A stretch of DNA of 40,304 nucleotides from a virus. Made by a program: the position numbers and the translations under genes. Shown here in pieces: positions 36,012-40,304 of the stretch. Numbering within the stretch: the first letter of the stretch is position 1; each line of letters starts with the position of its first letter. The stretch spans positions 1 to 40,304 of IMG/VR virus record IMGVR_UViG_3300045988_041312; one strand, 5' to 3'. The notes under the pieces are model-generated. The model saw nothing but the letters and a program-made list of their open reading frames with translations. It was not told the origin of the DNA and made no database searches.

Positions 36012-36334
36012 ACTTTCCTCTCCATACTGATTTGAATCACCGTACCCGGCTGAATCTTGCCCGGGTCCTTTATTTTGTTTTCTTCCATAATCTCGAAGAT
36101 GATTTTTCGTATGTCATCCTCTGGAAGGGCAACATCGCTTGCCACATTCCAGAGCGTGTCCCCCGCTTCCACTCGGTAGCTGTACGTCACTATGTGACTT
36201 GGCGCCACCTTGGAGAAGTCGAACACAGGTTCCCGATGATACATCCCCCACGCCCCGGCGGCAATCACTGCGCCGGTCGCCAGCAGTAAACTGACGTTAT
36301 CCCATTTGATTCTTTTCCATATAGATCTCTTCAT
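36008..36334 (-). CDS. Small membrane-anchored LysM domain protein
   Basis: N-terminal TM LLLATGAVIAAGAWGM. LysM motif YRVEAGDTLWNVASDV...IQPGTVIQI. Confidence 0.6.
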   Translation of the reverse strand: MKRSIWKRIKWDNVSLLLATGAVIAAGAWGMYHREPVFDFSKVAPSHIVTYSYRVEAGDTLWNVASDVALPEDDIRKIIFEIMEENKIKDPGKIQPGTVIQISMERKV

Positions 36335-36398
36335 TTAGCTCACATCCTTTCTTCACACAACCTCTCTGATATACTAATTTCAGAGGGGAGGTGAAATT

Positions 36399-36602
36399 AT
36401 GCGATTAATTCCGGTAAATTCTTCGAACGTGGCATATATCGGATATGAAAATGGTGTAATAGAAGTTCATTTTCACAATGGTTATGCCTACCGATACCCC
36501 AATTGAGATGAAGCCTTGTTTAGCGCCTTTTTGAATGCCAGTTCAAAAGGCTCTTTTGTTCATCGTTTTTTGAAGGGGCGCGGAGAAGTTAGAATCCGTT
36601 AA
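36399..36602 (+). pseudogene. KTSC-domain ORF interrupted by a single in-frame TGA (36504-36506)
   Basis: GGAGGTG SD then ATG at 36399. MRLIPVNSSNVAYIGYENGVIEVHFHNGYAYRYPN then TGA then DEALFSAFLNASSKGSFVHRFLKGRGEVRIR. Both halves together form one complete KTSC-like domain. Confidence 0.55.
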
Positions 36603-36769
36603 TTCCAATCGCTATCAGCGGGAGCATTAATTTCAGAATTAAGCAATTCTGCACCTACGCCTGTGACTATAACCGTGGCCATGGGCGTATAGTGTTTCCG
36701 AATGAAATCAATCAACGGCTTAGAAGCTTTCTTTAATTCGCTTTGAAGTTCTTCGCTTGTTTTCTTCAT
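36599..36769 (-). CDS. Small hypothetical ORF (56 aa) with strong AGAGGAGGTGAG SD
   Basis: MKKTSEELQSELKKASKPLIDFIRKHYTPMATVIVTGVGAELLNSEINAPADSDWN. Absent from the ORF track only because it is shorter than 60 aa. Confidence 0.35.
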   Translation of the reverse strand: MKKTSEELQSELKKASKPLIDFIRKHYTPMATVIVTGVGAELLNSEINAPADSDWN

Positions 36770-36860
36770 TCGACTCACCTCCTCTCTTTTTCAGCCATTC
36801 TTCATATTCAGCCTGATGCTCGAATACGTATTCACGAATGTATTCAAGTAGTTCTTCCAT
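36720..36860 (-). CDS. Small hypothetical ORF (46 aa) with GGAGGTG SD, first ORF downstream of cro
   Basis: MEELLEYIREYVFEHQAEYEEWLKKRGG... Overlaps the next small ORF by 50 nt in another frame. Confidence 0.3.
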   Translation of the reverse strand: MEELLEYIREYVFEHQAEYEEWLKKRGGESNEENKRRTSKRIKESF

Positions 36861-36896
36861 TTCTCACACCTCCATTTCTTGCGTTCATGCAAGTTT

Positions 36897-37103
36897 TTAG
36901 GTAATAAAAAACACGCTCAAGAATTCTGCGGAAGTCAAATGCAACTCTGTTTTGATTTTGGCCATTTCCGGACGAGTAAAATCAGATACCCCCGAAAGCT
37001 TACGATAAAGTGTGGTCTCGTTCATCCCCAAAACATCTGCAAACTTCGCGAATGTATACCCCGAGCGCTTTACAAAATAATGAAACTTATTACGATCAAC
37101 CAT
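36897..37103 (-). CDS. Cro-like small HTH regulator (start moved to the ATG at 37103, which has an AGGAGGTG SD)
   Basis: MVDRNKFHYFVKRSGYTFAKFADVLGMNETTLYRKLSG is an XRE-type HTH. Divergent from the repressor gene. Confidence 0.7.
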   Translation of the reverse strand: MVDRNKFHYFVKRSGYTFAKFADVLGMNETTLYRKLSGVSDFTRPEMAKIKTELHLTSAEFLSVFFIT

Positions 37104-37116
37104 GTTATCACCTCCT

Positions 37117-37223
37117 AACTTGCGTCTACGTAAGTTATTATATATCTTGCGTTTGCGTAAGTCAATGCATAAACGCAAGTTTTTTATAGCTTGAAGTAAA
37201 AACATATGGCTTTTACGCAAGTT
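37117..37223. promoter_or_regulatory. Divergent switch region. Four operator-like copies of CTTGCGT/ACGCAAG(TT) overlap a TTGACT-N17-TATAAT promoter for cro (minus strand: -35 at 37160-37165, -10 at 37137-37142). TATAAT at 37230-37235 could serve the repressor gene.
   Basis: O1 aacttgcgtctacgtaagtt at 37117-36. O2 atcttgcgtttgcgtaagtc at 37144-63. O3 acgcaagtt at 37173-81. O4 acgcaagtt at 37215-23. Perfect 9-bp inverted repeat cttgcgttt/aaacgcaag at 37146-54 and 37171-79. Confidence 0.6.
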
Positions 37224-37259
37224 TTAAGATATAATATAGTAAACAAAGGGGGTGGAATA

Positions 37260-37901
37260 ATGGACATAGGAAAATTGATTCGCGATAAGCGAATTGAATA
37301 CGGGCTTACCATGAAGGAAGTTGCCCAAAGGGTAGGTGTATCCGAGGGGACCATATCACGCTGGGAGTCAGGAGAAATAAACAATATGAAGCGCTCATCC
37401 ATGGCAGCGCTTTCTAAAGAGCTGAATATTTCGCCTTTAGTACTCATGGGATGGAGCGAGGAACCTAAAACTACCCCTACCGCGATATATCCATATTTCG
37501 ATACTGCGATTTCAGCCGGTGCGCTGGAGGCGGTAGATGCTATGGATTCGGCGATAAGGATTGAAGTTCCGGATGCTATTATGGGGCGATACGCTCATCA
37601 TAAGGATATTGTTTTCTTAAAGGTCAACGGCGAATCCATGAACCGGGTCATACCTAACGGCTCGATTATCGCTGTCCAGACAGACATAGAGAAGGAAAGT
37701 TTATCAAACGGTGATATAGTAGTTGCCTACACCGCCGAAGGGTATTCGGTGAAGCGACTGTTTTTAGACCGGGTAAATCACCGGGCTATCCTTCGGCCAG
37801 ACAGTACGGACATTTCATTCAGTGATATCGTGGTTGACTGCTCCAGTTATGGAGAATTACACATTTTTGGAAAGGTCGTCATTTATTCTGTTGTTTTATA
37901 A
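37260..37901 (+). CDS. CI/LexA-like repressor (N-terminal XRE HTH plus C-terminal S24 peptidase domain)
   Basis: HTH LTMKEVAQRVGVSEGTISRWESGE. S24 catalytic GESM (VNGESMN) and Lys (YSVKRLF). Start at the ATG at 37260 after AAAGGGGGTGG. Confidence 0.85.
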   Translation: MDIGKLIRDKRIEYGLTMKEVAQRVGVSEGTISRWESGEINNMKRSSMAALSKELNISPLVLMGWSEEPKTTPTAIYPYFDTAISAGALEAVDAMDSAIRIEVPDAIMGRYAHHKDIVFLKVNGESMNRVIPNGSIIAVQTDIEKESLSNGDIVVAYTAEGYSVKRLFLDRVNHRAILRPDSTDISFSDIVVDCSSYGELHIFGKVVIYSVVL

Positions 37902-37915
37902 ATGGAGGGGTTCAT

Positions 37916-38464
37916 ATGTTCTGTCCTAAATGTGGTAACGAAGTCCAGGAAGGTAGTAAATTCTGTTCGTCTTGCGGAGCTCAAATAAACTTAGATTCTT
38001 CCGAAGAATCTAAGTTTATATATGAGCTGAACGGCGTAAAGTTTGATGCTTTTAAAGTAGCCTGGGACACCAAACTTTTCTTTAAGCGTAGCTTCATCCA
38101 TTCCGCAGATACTTCTAATGAGCTAATGAAATTAACTGGTGCCAGCAGGTGGGCCGCTGCAAAAATGGAACGAAAAATGCAGGAAGATAAAGATCTAAAA
38201 AAAGCCATTTTGGAAAAAGACGCTCAGGAAAAAGCCGCAGCACTTGAGGAAGCCAAAGCTGAAGCAGACGTAAGGGATTCTGCAGGTGTACGGTGCCCGA
38301 AGTGTTTTTCAAAAAATGTAAGTGTCCGGGAAAAAGGATTCAGCGTAGGTAAAGCCGCTGCCGGATTTGTATTGACGGGCGGGGTTGGACTTATTGCAGG
38401 ATTTCACGGACGGAAAAAACTGTTTGCGCATTGTTTGAATTGCGGGCATGAATGGAAAATTTAA
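37916..38464 (+). CDS. Double zinc-ribbon protein with glycine-zipper membrane hairpin (moron between repressor and integrase)
   Basis: CPKCG-x9-CSSCG at the N-terminus. C-terminal CPKC and CLNCGHEW separated by GKAAAGFVLTGGVGLIAGFHG. GGAGGGG SD 6 nt before the ATG and 14 nt after the repressor stop. Confidence 0.6.
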   Translation: MFCPKCGNEVQEGSKFCSSCGAQINLDSSEESKFIYELNGVKFDAFKVAWDTKLFFKRSFIHSADTSNELMKLTGASRWAAAKMERKMQEDKDLKKAILEKDAQEKAAALEEAKAEADVRDSAGVRCPKCFSKNVSVREKGFSVGKAAAGFVLTGGVGLIAGFHGRKKLFAHCLNCGHEWKI

Positions 38465-38571
38465 ATAAATTAAAAGGCCCTGCGCATGCCGCTAACATGC
38501 ACAGAGCCGCTGCCGGAATGCACAACATTCCAGGCATTGTAATCATCTACTCTTGTATTCATTTTTATATA

Positions 38572-38611
38572 GGCTGATTACGTCTACATTATAGCATAAT
38601 CAGCCCTTTTT
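38572..38611 (+). terminator. Hairpin (9-bp stem GGCTGATTA/TAATCAGCC, 16-nt loop) followed by CTTTTTATT, immediately upstream of the integrase SD
   Basis: Read directly. Possible terminator or attenuator insulating int from the repressor/moron transcript. Confidence 0.4.
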
Positions 38612-38628
38612 ATTAAAAGGAGCCATCT

Positions 38629-40167
38629 ATGAAAAAAGCGGTAATATACGCACGATACTCATCTGACAGGCAACGTGAGGAATCAATAGAAGGCCAGATT
38701 CGTGTCTGTGAGGAGTATGCAAAGAAGCATGACCTTACCATTATCCATATATACACGGACAGAGCCCTGACGGGTCGAACCGATAAAAGGCCGCAATTCC
38801 AGATGATGATTAAGGATGCGGCAAAAATGAATTTTGAAATCGTTCTGGTATATAAGCTGAACCGCTTCGCCCGTAATCGGTATGACAGCGCACGATATAA
38901 GCACAGGTTAAAGACCTATGGCGTAAAACTGGTGTCCGCCATGGAAAACATCGCCGAAGATGCTAGCGGGATACTGCTGGAGTCAGTAATCGAAGGTATG
39001 GCGGAATACTATTCAGCGGAGTTATCCGAAAATGTCCTGCGGGGTATGACCGAAAATGTACTGGAAGGCAAATGGCCTGGCGGTGTTCTCCCCTACGGTT
39101 ACCGATTTGATGCCAATCATCAGCTGGCTTTGGACCCCGTGCGCTCCGAAGTGGTACGGATGGCCTATCGTATGATACTGGGGAACCACAGTAAGAAGTA
39201 TATCCTCGATTATTTAAATGACCGGCATTACACATCAGCGCAGGGCGGAAAATTCGGTTATTCCAACTTACATAATATGCTGACAAACGAACGATATACC
39301 GGAACCATGATCTGGCATGGAATACGTAAAGAAAATGCGTATCCGGCAATCATAGACAAAGATACATTCGATAAAGTGCAGATTGTCTTAGAGCAAAGGA
39401 AGAGAAATCATATGAGATCCACTAATTCTGATTTTTACCTTACAGGGAAACTGTTTTGTGGTAAGTGCGGAGAACGAATGATAGGCACTTCGGGAACATC
39501 CAAAATGAAAAACACCTATTATTATTATGCCTGCGCTAAACACCTCAAGAAGAAATGCGATACAAAGAACATCCGCAAAGACGTCCTTGAGAATGCCGTG
39601 TGCAGTGTAACTACACAGATTCTTGCGGATAAGCGCGCCGTAAAAGCCATAGCTAAGCAGGCAGTAGAAATTCAAAAGCGCAAAAAAGATTCCCCGGAGC
39701 TTATGGCTATCAAGCAGCAGATATCTGAAGACAGCAGAAAGCTGAAGAACTGTCAGAAAGCTGTTGAGAACGGCCTTGAGTCATTTACAATAGCTAAGCG
39801 TATCAAGGAACTGGAAAACAATTTAATTAAATTAGAAAAAGCACTTCACCGCCAGACTTTGCTTGAGAAGGGGCCGGAACTTACTGAAGAGCAGATAACC
39901 TTCTTCCTGGAGTCCGTAGCTGGGCAAATAAAAAATGCGGATAAGTATAAGCGTATTCTGCTTACTTCCCTTATCCGCAATGTCGTAGTCTACGATGATT
40001 ACATCGAAGTACAATATAATTATAAAGACGAACTCCCTCTTCTGCGTAGTGCTGTGAAGATAAAGAGTTCGTCTGAGAACCTTCTGGCGGGCCGATTGAA
40101 GCTAAATCAGAACACTATTTTCTTTTATCAAGACTATTTTTCTATACGTTTCAATCGCGCAGCATAG
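38629..40167 (+). CDS. Large serine recombinase (integrase)
   Basis: N-terminal resolvase domain with catalytic Ser in VIYARYSSDRQ. Recombinase domain. Zinc ribbon CGKCGERM...YYYYACAKH...KKCD. C-terminal coiled coil. 512 aa. Confidence 0.9.
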   Translation: MKKAVIYARYSSDRQREESIEGQIRVCEEYAKKHDLTIIHIYTDRALTGRTDKRPQFQMMIKDAAKMNFEIVLVYKLNRFARNRYDSARYKHRLKTYGVKLVSAMENIAEDASGILLESVIEGMAEYYSAELSENVLRGMTENVLEGKWPGGVLPYGYRFDANHQLALDPVRSEVVRMAYRMILGNHSKKYILDYLNDRHYTSAQGGKFGYSNLHNMLTNERYTGTMIWHGIRKENAYPAIIDKDTFDKVQIVLEQRKRNHMRSTNSDFYLTGKLFCGKCGERMIGTSGTSKMKNTYYYYACAKHLKKKCDTKNIRKDVLENAVCSVTTQILADKRAVKAIAKQAVEIQKRKKDSPELMAIKQQISEDSRKLKNCQKAVENGLESFTIAKRIKELENNLIKLEKALHRQTLLEKGPELTEEQITFFLESVAGQIKNADKYKRILLTSLIRNVVVYDDYIEVQYNYKDELPLLRSAVKIKSSSENLLAGRLKLNQNTIFFYQDYFSIRFNRAA

Positions 40168-40175
40168 AGAAAAAA

Positions 40176-40215
40176 AGAGCTACCAGCCGTTATAGGCTGA
40201 TAGCTCTTTTTTTTT
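40176..40215. terminator. Bidirectional rho-independent terminator (13-bp stem with one mismatch, 6-nt loop, A7 upstream, T9 downstream) spanning the junction into the terminal repeat
   Basis: agagctaccagcc-gttata-ggctgatagctct followed by ttttttttt. Lies between the convergent int and the 21..500 gene when the genome is circularised. Confidence 0.7.
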
Positions 40216-40304
40216 ATTATATGGATCACCTCCGGGCTATAACCCCGCCCAGGGACAGAGCCGCGATAGCAGCCCATACATCTCTTTGTCGCCTAATTAC
40301 TACC
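40206..40304. repeat. Second copy of the 99-bp terminal direct repeat (identical to 1-99)
   Basis: Exact identity over 99 nt with the window start. Confidence 0.9.

Noticed and set aside
38465-38570. Possible terminator directly after the zinc-ribbon gene
   Set aside because: GC-rich palindromic segments are present, but no stable stem followed by a T-tract. The clearer hairpin is at 38572-38611.
1-40304. CRISPR arrays, tRNA genes, transposases
   Set aside because: No clustered regular direct repeats with unique spacers. The only dense repeats are the origin iterons. No cloverleaf-like tRNA candidates or IS-type inverted terminal repeats noticed.

Overview
The window appears to be one complete temperate phage genome of about 40.2 kb. 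Its first 99 bp (1-99) are repeated exactly at 40206-40304, as in a circularly closed or terminally redundant contig. No bacterial housekeeping genes are visible. Nearly all genes lie on the minus strand. Reading right to left, the order is as follows. First comes a Cro-like HTH gene with a sigma70-like promoter and four operator half-sites. Next is an early region with a LysM membrane protein, HTH proteins and an interrupted plus-strand KTSC ORF. Next is a replication module: DUF2800 nuclease, DUF2815 SSB-like protein, family A DNA polymerase, VirE-type primase/helicase, an iteron-rich putative origin, a VRR-NUC nuclease, a DUF3310 protein and an SNF2 helicase. Next come small regulators including an ArpU/sigma region 4-like late activator. 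Next is a poorly characterised accessory cluster: ParB-like nuclease plus a C-terminal domain, a small PD-(D/E)xK-like protein and a JAB/RadC-like protein. Next are terS, terL, portal, scaffold, major capsid, MuF-like protein and head-tail connectors. Next is a PBSX-type contractile tail and baseplate module: sheath, tube, a chaperone with a -1 frameshift, tape measure, LysM XkdP-like, XkdQ-CHAP, XkdR/S/T/U-like proteins and four tail-fibre or collar-domain genes. Last is a lysis cassette (XhlA-like, holin, GH25 endolysin) plus one further membrane coiled-coil gene. On the plus strand, the right end carries a CI/LexA-like repressor (HTH plus S24 peptidase), a double zinc-ribbon membrane moron protein and a large serine recombinase. 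The gene content suggests a Firmicutes (Clostridia-like) host. The most interesting candidates are the zinc-ribbon moron between repressor and integrase, the nuclease/JAB accessory cluster at the early/late boundary, the iteron origin, the KTSC gene with an in-frame TGA and the chaperone frameshift. All family assignments are from motif recognition by eye, not from database searches.
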